The position numbers were made by a program, and so were the translations under genes. This document shows, piece by piece, positions 10,547 through 21,500 of a DNA stretch of 64,000 bases. Origin of the DNA: Alphaproteobacteria bacterium. GTDB taxonomy: Bacteria > Pseudomonadota > Alphaproteobacteria > UBA7985 > JAUIBT01. Location of the stretch: contig JAUIDR010000002.1 of assembly GCA_030428565.1 (NCBI GenBank), forward strand, positions 72,658 through 136,657, in the 5' to 3' direction. Within the stretch, counting starts at the first letter, position 1; every line of letters starts with the position of its first letter. A model generated the notes under the pieces. The model had not been told where the DNA came from and ran no database searches. It saw nothing but the letters and a program-made list of their open reading frames with translations.

Positions 10547-10937
10547 GCTCTAGCCCTGTCTATTGTTCTTGTGTTTTTCTTACTTATTTTTTTCTTCCCC
10601 CTAAGCGTTAGCCGCGTTTTCCCGGCGGGGCAAGGTCAAGCTTGACAAAGCGTCGCGCATATTTTGCCGGTTGAGATGCCGAAAATCCGCCGATCGGACA
10701 GCTGGCGACCGGAAAGAGGGCGGGCAGGCAAGTAGATTAACCAAGATAAGTAAATTTTGTTTCCATGTTAATTAATGGAAGATTTTGGCCTTTGTGGCCT
10801 CGATTTACGAAGCATTGCACCGCTCGCCAACCAAGGATTTTTGCGCTGGCATTTGCCGATGGTCGTGTTAGACCCGCCCCGACGCAGGCGACACGCTTGC
10901 CCTGCACCTTTGCGCCCCCTTTGAAAATGGAGCCCCT

Positions 10938-11777
10938 ATGAGCTTGTCCCTGGTCTCTTCCAACCGCTGCTTTTCGGGCACTCAATACATCTATCGCCAC
11001 GCGAGTGCTGCGACCCAGACCGATATGACCTTTGCGGCCTACATCCCGCCGCAAGCCGAAAAGGGCCCCTGCCCTGCCTTGTTCTTTTTGTCGGGCCTCA
11101 CTTGCAGCGAAGAAAACGCCACGGTCAAAGCCGGGTATCAGCGCCTGGCCGCTGAGCTGGGCCTGGTGGTGATTGCGCCCGACACCTCGCCGCGCGGCGA
11201 TACGGTCGCCAACGACGAGCGCTATTTCTTGGGCCAAGCCGCCAGCTTTTATGTCAACGCCACGCAAGACCCTTGGGCGGCGCACTTCCAAATGGAACGC
11301 TATATTGCTGAAGAACTCTACGATCTGGTTCTGGGTGCCCTGCCCGTTCAGGCCGGGAAAATTGGTATCACCGGCCATTCCATGGGCGGCCATGGCGCTC
11401 TGACTTTGGCGATGCGCCATCCCGAGCGCTTTGCATCGCTGTCGGCTTTCGCACCGGTGGTTGCGCCCAGCCAGGTCGAGTGGGGCCAGGTCGCCTTTGC
11501 GGCCTACTTGGGCGAAAACACTGACGCCTGGGCCGAGCACGACGCCTGCGCGCTGGTCCTCTCACGCGGTTGGAAAGGCGACATGCTAATCGATCAAGGC
11601 GACGCCGACGCCTTTTTGGAGACCAACCTGCGCACGCCCTTGTTCGAAGCGGCCTGCCAACAAGCTGGGCAGAGCGCGCAGATCCGCTATCAGCCGGGTT
11701 ATGATCATTCCTACTATTTCGTGGCCAGTTTCATCGAAGACCACATGCGTTTCCACGCCGAGCGCCTGACAGCATGA
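10938..11777 (+). CDS. fghA: S-formylglutathione hydrolase
   Basis: LSGLTC, PDTSPRG, GHSMGGHG, GYDHSYYF. Confidence 0.93.
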   Translation: MSLSLVSSNRCFSGTQYIYRHASAATQTDMTFAAYIPPQAEKGPCPALFFLSGLTCSEENATVKAGYQRLAAELGLVVIAPDTSPRGDTVANDERYFLGQAASFYVNATQDPWAAHFQMERYIAEELYDLVLGALPVQAGKIGITGHSMGGHGALTLAMRHPERFASLSAFAPVVAPSQVEWGQVAFAAYLGENTDAWAEHDACALVLSRGWKGDMLIDQGDADAFLETNLRTPLFEAACQQAGQSAQIRYQPGYDHSYYFVASFIEDHMRFHAERLTA

Positions 11778-11788
11778 CCAAATCTAAG

Positions 11789-11836
11789 CCTGGCGGACCC
11801 CAGACCTGGCGAACCCCAAGCCGGGCAAACCCCAGG
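11789..11836. repeat. Degenerate 16-bp tandem repeat, 3 copies
   Basis: cctggcggaccccaga / cctggcgaaccccaag / ccgggcaaaccccagg. Confidence 0.7.
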
Positions 11837-11865
11837 CATAGGTCACAAACGGCTGGGCGACCTTG

Positions 11866-12591
11866 CTAAGGTTTGGTCGCTACAAGCCGCACCACCGAGG
11901 CCAAACCGCGGTGACGCTCGCCTTCTTCCAGCTCGATATCGACTTCACTGCCCTCTAATATCTCCAGGCCTTTGAAGTCCTCTTCCAGCTCGGCCAGGCT
12001 ATAAAGATAGTGCGGGGATTTGGGACCGCCTGACGGTTTGCCCAACTGATCGGGGCGAAACGCCTCTAAAATCAGCAGACCGCCGGGCTTGAGTGCGCTG
12101 GCGGCGGCTTGATGGATTTGGCGACGTAGGCAGTAATCGCGCTCTGGCGTCGAAGAAAAGTGCGCATAAATCAGCGCCACGACGTCATAGACCGGCCCTT
12201 CAGGCTGCCACTTAGAGACATCTTGCACGCGCGCATCAATGCTAACGCCGCGCTCTTCGGCTAGCTTTTTGGTCGTCTCAACACCAACTGGCGAAATGTC
12301 CAGGCTAAGGGTCGCAAGGCCGCATTCGGCCAGGAAGACACCATTGCGGCCATAGCCGTCGGCAAGCGCCACCGCGCGCCCTTCATCTGGAAAGCGCGAG
12401 GCGAAAGACGCCAAGAAGGCGTTGGGCGCTTGGCCGTACTCATAGGGCTTTTCAGAAAACACCCGATTCCAATGGGCTTGGACCTGCTCAATCGCGCTGG
12501 GGGTATTGCCGCTTGTCGGCGTCGGATTGGCGTCAGCAGACTGGGACTTGGCGTCAGAAGACTGGGACTTGGCATCCGGAAACTGGGTCAT
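11866..12591 (-). CDS. Class I SAM-dependent methyltransferase
   Basis: YG.APN.FL, LADGYGRNG, LKPGGLLILE, GGP; N-terminal DAKSQS duplication. Confidence 0.85.
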   Translation of the reverse strand: MTQFPDAKSQSSDAKSQSADANPTPTSGNTPSAIEQVQAHWNRVFSEKPYEYGQAPNAFLASFASRFPDEGRAVALADGYGRNGVFLAECGLATLSLDISPVGVETTKKLAEERGVSIDARVQDVSKWQPEGPVYDVVALIYAHFSSTPERDYCLRRQIHQAAASALKPGGLLILEAFRPDQLGKPSGGPKSPHYLYSLAELEEDFKGLEILEGSEVDIELEEGERHRGLASVVRLVATKP

Positions 12592-12843
12592 TGCGGGGTC
12601 CTGTTCATGAGCGCTGGCAAAATGCGCTGCGCAAATATGAAAAGCGGCAAGCCAAGGGCTCACCGCTTCTGTTTGTGGCCAATTGCCAGTTATGACGAAT
12701 TGACAGAGCGCGCAAGATGGGCGCGGCTAATGGTGATGCCTAGAGCGTCGGTCGCTGGTGTCGCAACAGCCCATCCGCTCTAGCTGACTGATTTCTAACG
12801 CAAGTCCATGCTCACGCCTGTTGCCACTCGTTCGCGGCTTGCG

Positions 12844-14070
12844 CTAGGAACCAAAGCGCGCTTGCCACTCGGTTTCGATGCGCTCCATCCAGGCGGGGTG
12901 AGGTTCGCCAACGGCAGGGCCCAGGTCCACTTGCGCCGAGTCTGGCAACGCCGCGAAAGCCGCCGCATCGCCGCCGCTCAGCGCGGCCGTGTTCAAAACG
13001 CTCGCATCACCCCAAATCGCAGGGTCTTGCTTGCGCGCTTGGGCTTGAGCCGACATGAGGAAGTTGGCCACCACCTGGGCGGCTTCGGGCGAACCCGTAT
13101 TAAAAGGAATGGCGACGAAATGTGTGTTCGCGATGCTGCCGCTCGCAAGCCCGGCAGCGCGCACGGTCTCGGGCAATTGTTCGGCGATGATGAGGGCTGC
13201 GGCCTCAGTCGGCGTGAAAGAGACCATAATCGCTAGTTCGCCATCGTCTACCAGTTGGCGCATGGCCGGGCCAGAGGCCGGGAAACTGCGTCCTTGTCGC
13301 CACAAGTGGGGGTGCAGGGCTTCCAGATAGTCCCACAACGGCGCGGTCAGGCGGCTAAATGTTTCATCGTCGGGGGCCGCTTTGAGGGCCGCATCGTTGC
13401 CACTAAGTTCGATCAGGGCTTGCTTTAGGAAGGTCGAGCCCAAAAAGTCCGGTGGCAACGGATAAGAGAACTGACCCGGGTTGTCTTTGGCCCAAGCCAA
13501 CAGCCCCTGCAGATCGCTGGGGAAGCGGTCGATCACCGCGCTATCATAGATGAAGTTGAACTGAGCCATACCCCAAGGGGCTTCCATGCCATCGACCGGC
13601 ACGGTGAAATCCAAGCGCGTCGTTGGCTTGCCTTGCGTATCGACCAACTGATAGTTGGGCAGCGCTTCGCTGAAAGGGCCAAACAGCAAGCCGTTGCGCT
13701 TCATGGCGGCGAAATTCTCACCATTGATCCAGATGAGGTCGATTGCGCCATTGCTATCTTTGCCCGCCGTCTTTTCAGCCAACACAGTACTGACCGCGGT
13801 AGCGGTGTCCGACAGCTTAACGTGTTCCAAGGTAATGCCGTAATCCTGGCTGACGCGCTGGCCGACCCAATCGATGTAGGCGTTGATGCGCTCATCGCCG
13901 CCCCAAGCATTGAAAGCCACGGTCTGCCCGCGCGCCTTATCGGTGATGGCCTGCCACTGATCAGGGGTGAGGCTTTGGCTAGATTGGGCCTGCAACGGAG
14001 CCGCCAGGGCAAGGCTAGCACCCAGACCCAAAAGGACGGTCTTGGCAAAGGCTGGCAGAAGTGGTTTCAT
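12844..14070 (-). CDS. YnjB-like ABC transporter substrate-binding protein
   Basis: FNAWGG, DLIWINGENF, EAPWG.AQ, YP.PPDF.GSTFLKQ, NTHFVAIPFN. Confidence 0.85.
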   Translation of the reverse strand: MKPLLPAFAKTVLLGLGASLALAAPLQAQSSQSLTPDQWQAITDKARGQTVAFNAWGGDERINAYIDWVGQRVSQDYGITLEHVKLSDTATAVSTVLAEKTAGKDSNGAIDLIWINGENFAAMKRNGLLFGPFSEALPNYQLVDTQGKPTTRLDFTVPVDGMEAPWGMAQFNFIYDSAVIDRFPSDLQGLLAWAKDNPGQFSYPLPPDFLGSTFLKQALIELSGNDAALKAAPDDETFSRLTAPLWDYLEALHPHLWRQGRSFPASGPAMRQLVDDGELAIMVSFTPTEAAALIIAEQLPETVRAAGLASGSIANTHFVAIPFNTGSPEAAQVVANFLMSAQAQARKQDPAIWGDASVLNTAALSGGDAAAFAALPDSAQVDLGPAVGEPHPAWMERIETEWQARFGS

Positions 14071-14212
14071 GATGGTGATGCTTCTTTTTATGATAGGTAA
14101 ATCTGATCTTCGTCAGCAATATGCAGGACTTATCCCACAGCCGACCCCTTGCTGGCCACCCCTTGCGGCCATTGCTTTCTAAGCTGTGATGGCGTGTGTT
14201 CTGCCTTGATCC

Positions 14213-14269
14213 CAGTGGATCTTTAGATTTCAGTGGATCTTTAGATTTCAGTGGATCTAAAGAATTCAG
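14213..14269. repeat. 18-bp tandem repeat, about 3 copies
   Basis: cagtggatctttagattt twice, then cagtggatctaaagaatt. Confidence 0.85.
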
Positions 14270-14384
14270 CGGTACTTAAGTTCCGTGTGGCTCTTTATAT
14301 TTTTTTGCCCCTTAGCCCCTGAGCCGCGCCATCGTCCTGATCGGGACGCCATCGCGCTCCAAACCCAAACGAAACGGCTCCTAC

Positions 14385-15590
14385 GTGTTGCGCCTCATTC
14401 CCTTTTCCTCCCCCGACCGCATCGCGGTTAGCGGCCTCTTTTTTCTCAATGGCTTTATCGCGGGCTCATGGTCGCCGAAGATCCCCGAGTTTTCGCACCG
14501 CTTGGGCCTGGGCGAGAGCTTACTCGGCTGGCTTTTGGTCGCGTTCGGCGTTGGGGCCATGGTGGCCATGCCCTTCACAGGCCTGGGTATTTCGCGCTTG
14601 GGATCGCGGCGTATGGCGCTGTGGCCTGCGGTATTGGCCTGTTGGGTCTTGCTGGCCTTGACGCTCAGCCCTTCGGCGCTTGTCGCCGCCCCTATCTTGT
14701 TTCTAACCGGCATGATTCTGGGCACCATGGACGTAGCCATGAACGCCAACGCGGTCGCGGTAGAGCGGCGTTTGGCGCGCCCGATCCTGTCCTCTTGCCA
14801 TGGGTTCTGGAGCTTGGGCACGATGAGCGGCGCGCTGATCGGCGCTTGGATGATCACCCAGACCGGTCTTTTGATACACGCGCTGGCGGTCGGCGCGGCA
14901 ACCACTGTGATCTTGCTCAATGTCTGGCGCTTCGTGTTGGCCGACCCCCACGGCGAAGCCGCTGAGGCACGCGAGACAGGCAGCAGCGCAGTCCCCGACA
15001 AACCGCGATCCCTACGCGGCCTATTGACCTCGCCCCTGCCCTACTTGCTGGGCGTCGTGGCGCTGTTTGCCATGGTTCCCGAAGGCGCCATTTTCGAATG
15101 GTCCAACTTCTACCTGCGCCAAGATTTTGGCAGCAGCGCGGAGGTCGCTGCTCTGGGCTTTGTCGCGCTGTCCGCGGCCATGGCCAGCGTGCGCTTTTTG
15201 GGAGATTATGTGCGTGATCGCTTGGGCGCGGTCGCGACGCTGCGGGTATCGGCGCTTTTGGCTTTGGCCGGTTTGGCGCTGGCCAGTACCGCCTCCCAAG
15301 CATGGCTGGCCGTTTTGGGCTTTGGTCTGACCGGCATCGGTCTGGCCAACTTGGTGCCCTTGGCCTTTGCGGCCTCAGAGAACCTGCCCGGACTGCCACA
15401 AGGTTTGGGGCTGTCGATTGTCGGCTTTGCGGCCTATGGCGGCTTGCTGGCCGCGCCGCCGCTGATCGGCATGATCGGTGAGCACTTCGGCTTTGCGCCG
15501 GTCTTCATGGGGCTGACCGCTTTCATGGCGGTGGTGGTGGCGCTGTCCAACCTAGCGCGTTATGCCGACAGCCATAAGAAGGAGGCCTAA
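14385..15590 (+). CDS. MFS transporter
   Basis: About 12 hydrophobic segments; DVAMNA and HGFWS.G motifs. Confidence 0.88.
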   Translation: MLRLIPFSSPDRIAVSGLFFLNGFIAGSWSPKIPEFSHRLGLGESLLGWLLVAFGVGAMVAMPFTGLGISRLGSRRMALWPAVLACWVLLALTLSPSALVAAPILFLTGMILGTMDVAMNANAVAVERRLARPILSSCHGFWSLGTMSGALIGAWMITQTGLLIHALAVGAATTVILLNVWRFVLADPHGEAAEARETGSSAVPDKPRSLRGLLTSPLPYLLGVVALFAMVPEGAIFEWSNFYLRQDFGSSAEVAALGFVALSAAMASVRFLGDYVRDRLGAVATLRVSALLALAGLALASTASQAWLAVLGFGLTGIGLANLVPLAFAASENLPGLPQGLGLSIVGFAAYGGLLAAPPLIGMIGEHFGFAPVFMGLTAFMAVVVALSNLARYADSHKKEA

Positions 15591-15876
15591 AGCGCGCCAC
15601 CGAGCCTCGCCGCTGCCCTTTGACTTACCACCGTCTCCATCGGCCAAAGCCAAGAGATGGTTCTGGCCGTCGATGGCCGCCAGATGCTGAGCCCATACAA
15701 TACAAAATCGGCATCATAAGATTGGCGAAAGCTGGCGCGCGGTTACGGCCAGCTCAACTGCAACAATAGTGGCCTGCTCAACGGCAACAAAAAAGGAGCG
15801 AACCGCCTGTTGTGCTGATCCGCTCCTACCTTTGTCTCGCCCTAAGGCCTTGGCGGCCTGGTTGCAGCCAGAGGGC

Positions 15877-16200
15877 TTACATGAATGAGGCTTTGGCCTG
15901 TTGCTCGCAGTCCAGCAACTTGGTCTCCAAGTCCTGGTGGCTGTAGTCCAGCGAGGCCGCCTTCAAATCAGCATCGACCTTACGCAGTACATCCTCGCTG
16001 CCCTCTTCTTGGAAATCCGCCTTGATGACCTCAACCGCGTAGGCTTCCGCCTCGGCTTCCGATTTGTTCATCACGCTGGCGGCCCACAGGCCAAAGAACT
16101 TGTTGCGGCGCGCGGTGACCTTAAAAGCCATGTCCTGATCGTGGATATATTTTGCTTCGAACGCGTCGATGCGATCCTGAAGGGCTTTGGTTGAGCTCAT
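15877..16200 (-). CDS. DUF1476 protein (F1Fo ATPase inhibitor zeta subunit-like)
   Basis: DR..AFE.K..HD...FK..ARRNK..GLWAA. Confidence 0.88.
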   Translation of the reverse strand: MSSTKALQDRIDAFEAKYIHDQDMAFKVTARRNKFFGLWAASVMNKSEAEAEAYAVEVIKADFQEEGSEDVLRKVDADLKAASLDYSHQDLETKLLDCEQQAKASFM

Positions 16201-16371
16201 TGTCTGTTCTCCGAGTTTGGGAATAGGTCTTGGTTCTTATGTGGCAAGAATAATGAGCGCTGACAAGGCAGCTTGCAAGGCGCGTTAGCGCGCGCTGGGC
16301 CATCAAAAGCCCCTCAGCGACCATATGGCGCCGATGCCCTTTCAACGCTGACCGATCGCCGACTTTCGGGC

Positions 16372-16456
16372 AAAAAAAAAGGACGGCCCAAAGAGCCGTC
16401 CAAGTTCAGGGAGGAAACAGAAGATGAGAACAAGAAGTCGCTCATCAACTAAGTTC
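16372..16456 (-). ncRNA. suhB / alpha-r8 family small RNA (MmgR-like)
   Basis: Minus strand: 5' hairpin GATGAG..CTCATC, then TTTCCTCCCT GAACTT, then GGACGGC-TCTTTGG-GCCGTCC and T9; 5' end inferred. Confidence 0.8.
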
Positions 16457-16699
16457 AAGATAGGCCTGTTTGCTTTTTCGCACAATCCCTGTACCTATGC
16501 GAATTCTGCAAGTCAGATTTGTTGCCCTCTCACAACGTGAGGCATTTTTGCCACAAGCAAGCCAAAACCTACATTCGAGGGCTTGAATATCGACGCGGGA
16601 CGCCCGGGTCGCGGTTTTGTGAAGACTTCGCCTTCTCAAGATCAGGCACCGAACGCTCGCTATAGTTCTAGACCATTTTGCGCGCCTTTGGGAGCTGCT

Positions 16700-17866
16700 A
16701 TGCCTGTTATTAATCGAACCGCGGACCTACAAACCGAGTTGACCGCTTGGCGCCACGACTTCCACCGCCACCCCGAACTAGCTTATGAAGAGCAACGCAC
16801 CGCTGATCTGGTGGCCTTGCGCCTAGAAGCCATGGGGATCGACGTGGTGCGCGGGTTGGGCGGAACCGGTGTGTTGGGCATTATCGAGGGCAAAGGGGTC
16901 AGCAGCACCCGAGCGGTTGGACTGCGCGCCGATATGGACGCCCTGCCAATTTTAGAGACCAGTGGCGTTGACTACCCGTCCGAAAATCCGGGGGTCATGC
17001 ACGCTTGTGGCCACGACGGCCATACCAGCATGTTGTTGGGCGCCGCGCGATTGCTGGCCGAAAACCGGAATTTTAGCGGCAAGGTCTACCTGATATTTCA
17101 ACCGGCCGAAGAAGGCGGCGCGGGCGCTGCGCGCATGATGGCCGACGGTCTTTTCCGCGACTATCCTATGCAAGCGGTGTTTGCGCTTCACAACCTGCCG
17201 GGCCTGCCCGTGGGAAACATGGCGCTGTGCCAGGGCCCGGCCATGGCGTCATCGGACACCTTTTATATGACCATCAGTGGACGCGGAGGCCACGCGGCCC
17301 TGCCCCACAAAGCCGTCGATCCGGTGCTGATCGCCAGCCAGCTCATTGTTGCGGCCCAAGCGCTGGTCAGTCGCCAAACCGATCCGCTGAAGTCGGCCGT
17401 CTTATCGGTTTGCCAGCTCGAAGCGGGCCACACCACCAATGTCATCCCGCAAGAGGTCAAGCTGGCCGGCACCATCCGCACCCTGGATCCCGACGTGCGC
17501 AGCGCGACCGTTGCTAGTTTTGAGCGACTGGCGACGAGCCTGGTTGACGGCTTCGGGGGTCAGGTGACGATCCAATGGGAAGAAGACGCCTATCCGGCCA
17601 CCATCAACCACGACAGCCAGATGGCCTTGAGCCAAAGGGCTGCCGAAGCGGTGGTCGGTCCTGAGCGCCTTGACACCAAGGCCCAGCCGCTGATGGCCTC
17701 AGAAGACTTTGCCTTCATGCTGAACGAAGTACCCGGCAGCTACGCCTTCCTAGGCAATGGCGACAGCGCGGGTCTGCACGACCCCGCCTATGTCTTTAAC
17801 GACGAAGCTATGCCCTACGGCGTCTCTTACTTGGTACGGATCGCCGAAGAGGCGCTTCGAGAATAG
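16700..17866 (+). CDS. M20D amidohydrolase (hippurate hydrolase-like)
   Basis: HPEL, RADMDAL, MHACGHDGH, FQPAEEG, SEDF. Confidence 0.92.
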   Translation: MPVINRTADLQTELTAWRHDFHRHPELAYEEQRTADLVALRLEAMGIDVVRGLGGTGVLGIIEGKGVSSTRAVGLRADMDALPILETSGVDYPSENPGVMHACGHDGHTSMLLGAARLLAENRNFSGKVYLIFQPAEEGGAGAARMMADGLFRDYPMQAVFALHNLPGLPVGNMALCQGPAMASSDTFYMTISGRGGHAALPHKAVDPVLIASQLIVAAQALVSRQTDPLKSAVLSVCQLEAGHTTNVIPQEVKLAGTIRTLDPDVRSATVASFERLATSLVDGFGGQVTIQWEEDAYPATINHDSQMALSQRAAEAVVGPERLDTKAQPLMASEDFAFMLNEVPGSYAFLGNGDSAGLHDPAYVFNDEAMPYGVSYLVRIAEEALRE

Positions 17867-17941
17867 GCCGCTGAAGACCGAGGCGCTGGGGGCTTGCGCA
17901 CACAACTCGAAAACTCACCCCGGGAACTTAGCGCTGGCCCC

Positions 17942-17980
17942 AACTCGGGGCCCTAACTCGGGGTCCTAACTCGGGGCCAC
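17942..17980. repeat. 13-bp tandem repeat, 3 copies
   Basis: aactcggggccct / aactcggggtcct / aactcggggccac. Confidence 0.85.
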
Positions 17981-18281
17981 AGTGCAAGGCCGCCCCGATT
18001 CTGCCCCAAACACATCTTTAGGTCGCCCTGAGCGATGCGCGACAGCCAAAAGATGTAGAAACTTGCGATGCATTTTGGCCACTAGCCGAGTCCAAGACGG
18101 CAAGAAAAAAATTTAAAAATTTTCCCCCTGCTGACAAACGCGGTTGTCCCCAAAATCCACATCCAGCTAAGTGCTGAAAATCGCTCGCTTTTGGCTCTGT
18201 CAAGCCCCGGTTTTCAACGTCAGCTCGCGCGATTTCGGATTAATTCCACATAAACTCGTAATGACTCTTGCCAGAGCCGAG

Positions 18282-18328
18282 CCCCTATATGTAGACATCT
18301 CTTCCGCGCAAGGCCCTAGGTCTTGTGG
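18282..18328 (+). promoter_or_regulatory. Tandem NrdR boxes
   Basis: cccCTATATGTAGaca (18282) and gccCTAGGTCTTGtgg (18313), 31 bp apart, resemble acaCwAtATaTwGtgt; upstream of nrdJ. Confidence 0.75.
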
Positions 18329-18537
18329 TTGGTCGGCACCAGCGGTGCTTTGCCATTCTGAACATGAACTGGCATAGTAGCGGGCCGCGCGACCATCGTT
18401 TCGCAACCAAGACGAGTCCGCTGGCGGGCTGAAGTCTTGGCCAGCGATCCCGCTGATTAGAGACAAAGAGCCCCAGCAAATCAGGGGCCAGGTTTGTGGA
18501 ATCGGCCCCCTTGGGGCCCCGAATATGAGTAAAGATC

Positions 18538-21500
18538 ATGAAGTTTGAACGCCGTTTCGCTGCCCCGAACGAGACGAAAGGAGGCCAGGAAGCCTACGAC
18601 GCCTTTAGTTTAGCTTCCAAGACCTCAGAAATCCGCAATCCGAACGGCGAAATCATCTTTCAGGCCAAGGCTATTAAGGTGCCCGAAGCCTGGAGCCAGG
18701 TAGCCGTCGATGTGCTGGCGCAAAAATATTTCCGCAAAGCGGGCGTTCCGGCTGCGCTGAAGCGCGTCGAAGAAGAAGGCGTTCCGTCTTGGCTGTGGCG
18801 CTCAGTGCCCGACGAAGCGGCTCTGGCCCGCATGCCCGAAGACAAGCGCTATGGCGGCGAGACCCAGGCGACCCAAGTGTTTGACCGCTTGGCGGGCGCT
18901 TGGACCTATTGGGGCTGGAAAGGTGGCTACTTCGACAGCGAAGAAGACGCCCACGTCTTTTACGATGAAATGCGCGTGATGCTCTGCGGCCAGCGCGGTG
19001 CGCCCAACTCGCCCCAGTGGTTCAACACCGGCCTGCATTGGGCCTATGGCATCGACGGTCCCGGCCAAGGTCACTTCTATGTCGATTACAAGACCGGCGA
19101 GCTGACCCGCTCGACCTCTGCCTACGAACACCCGCAGCCCCACGCCTGCTTCATTCAGTCCGTCGGTGACGATTTGGTCAACGAAGGCGGCATCATGGAT
19201 CTGTGGGTTCGTGAAGCACGTTTGTTTAAGTACGGCTCTGGCACCGGCTCTAACTTCTCGTCTCTGCGCGGCCAGGGCGAGCCCCTGTCAGGCGGCGGCA
19301 AATCTTCGGGCTTGATGAGCTTCTTGAAGATTGGCGACCGGGCTGCGGGCGCGATCAAGTCCGGCGGCACCACACGTCGTGCGGCCAAGATGGTCACGCT
19401 GGATATCGACCACCCGGATATCGAAGACTACATCAACTGGAAGGTCATCGAAGAGCAAAAGGTCGCCGCCCTGGTCACCGGCTCCAAAATCCTGTCCAAG
19501 CACCTCAACGCCATTATGGCCATTTGCGCCAGCGTTGACGGCTCCGATGTGGACCGCTTCAACCCCAAGAACAATCCCGAGCTGAAGAAGGCCATCAAGG
19601 CCGCGCGCAAGGACCAAGTGCCCGACAACGCCATCCAGCGCGTCATTGCTTTTGCAAAACAGGGTTTCAAGAAGATCGAGTTCACCACCTATGACACCGA
19701 TTGGGACAGCGATGCCTACCTGACGGTCTCGGGCCAGAACTCCAACAACTCAGTGCGCGTGACTGAAGACTTCCTGCGCGCGGTTGAAGACGACAGCGAC
19801 TGGGATTTGATCCGCCGCACCGACGGCAAAACCGCCCGTACCATCAGGGCGCGCGACCTTTGGAGCCAAATCTCTGAAGCCGCTTGGACCTGCGCCGATC
19901 CTGGCATGCAGTACCACACCACCATTAACGATTGGCACACCTGCCCGCAGGGTGGCGAAATCCGCGCTTCTAACCCCTGTTCGGAATACATGTTCTTGGA
20001 CGATACGGCCTGTAACCTGGCCTCCTTGAACCTGATGACCTTCCGCAACAAGGACGGCTCTTTTGATATCGACGGCTTTGGCCACGCGTGCCGCCTCTGG
20101 ACCTTGGTGCTGGAAATCTCTGTCACCATGGCGCAGTTCCCGTCGGAAGAAATCGCACGTCTGTCCTACGAATACCGCACCACCGGTCTGGGCTACGCCA
20201 ACCTGGGCGGTCTGTTGATGGCGCTGGGCGTCTCTTACGACAGCGACAAGGGCCGCGCGATCGCGGCTGCCATTACCGCCCTGATGACCGGCACCGCCTA
20301 CGCCACCTCGGCCGAAATGGCGGGTGAGCTGGGTGCTTTTGCGCGCTATGATGAAAACGCCAAGGATATGCTGCGCGTTATGCGTAACCACCGCCGCGCC
20401 GCCCACGGCAGCAGCAAGGGTTACGAAAACCTCAACGTTCTGCCGGTTCCCCTGGAACACAAGCAGATCGACATGGCGGGCTTGGGCGCTGCGGCCAAAA
20501 AAGCTTGGGATCGCGTGATTGAGCTGGGCCAAAAGAACGGCTTCCGCAACGCTCAGACCACCGTGATTGCCCCCACCGGCACCATCGGCTTGGTCATGGA
20601 TTGCGATACCACCGGCATTGAGCCCGATTTCGCGCTGGTCAAATTCAAGAAGCTGGCCGGCGGTGGCTACTTCAAGATCATCAACCGCACCGTCCCGCTG
20701 GCGCTGTCAAACCTGGGCTACAGCGATCAGCAGATCAAAGAGATCGAAGGTTACGCGGTCGGCCACGGCAGCTTGGAAGACTGCAATGCCTTGTCGATTG
20801 AAGCGCTGAAGGCCAAAGGCTTTACCGATGCTGTGCTGGCCAAAGTGGCAGGCGCGCTGAAGTCAGCCTTTGACATTAAGTTCGTGTTCAACGTCTTTAC
20901 TCTGGGTGAGGACTTCTGCCGCGATGTGCTGGGCCTGACCGCCGAGCAGATGGGCGATGTCAACTTTGACCTGCTGGCTCACCTGGGCTTTGCACGCGAT
21001 GAAATCGAAGCAGCCAACACCCACGTTTGCGGCGCGATGAGCCTGGAAGGGGCTCCGCACTTGAAGGACGAGCATCTGCCGATTTTCGATTGTGCGAACA
21101 AGTGCGGCAAGCACGGCACCCGTTTCTTGTCCACCGAAGCCCACATTCGCATGATGGCTGCCGCTCAGCCCTTTATCTCGGGTGCGATCTCTAAGACCAT
21201 CAACATGCCCAACGAGGCCAGCGTCGAAGACTGCGCCGATGCCTACATGTTGTCTTGGAAGCTTGGGATTAAGGCCAACGCTCTCTACCGCGACGGCTCG
21301 AAGCTCAGCCAGCCGCTGCAATCAGCGCTGATCGACGAAGAGGTCGAGGACGCCGATGATGTGACGGAAGAACTCGCGGCGGCCGCACCGGCTCAGCAGG
21401 CCATGCAAGTGACCGAGCGCATCGTTGAGCGCATCATTGAAAAGCACGTCACCGAACGTCGTAAGCTGCCCGACCGCCGCAAGGGCTACACCCAGAAGGC

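Noticed and set aside
14071..14384. TPP riboswitch ahead of the ynjB-like gene
   Set aside because: No CTGAGA or ACCTGAT core on the minus strand.
18000..18537. Cobalamin riboswitch ahead of nrdJ
   Set aside because: No recognisable B12 box; NrdR boxes explain the region better.
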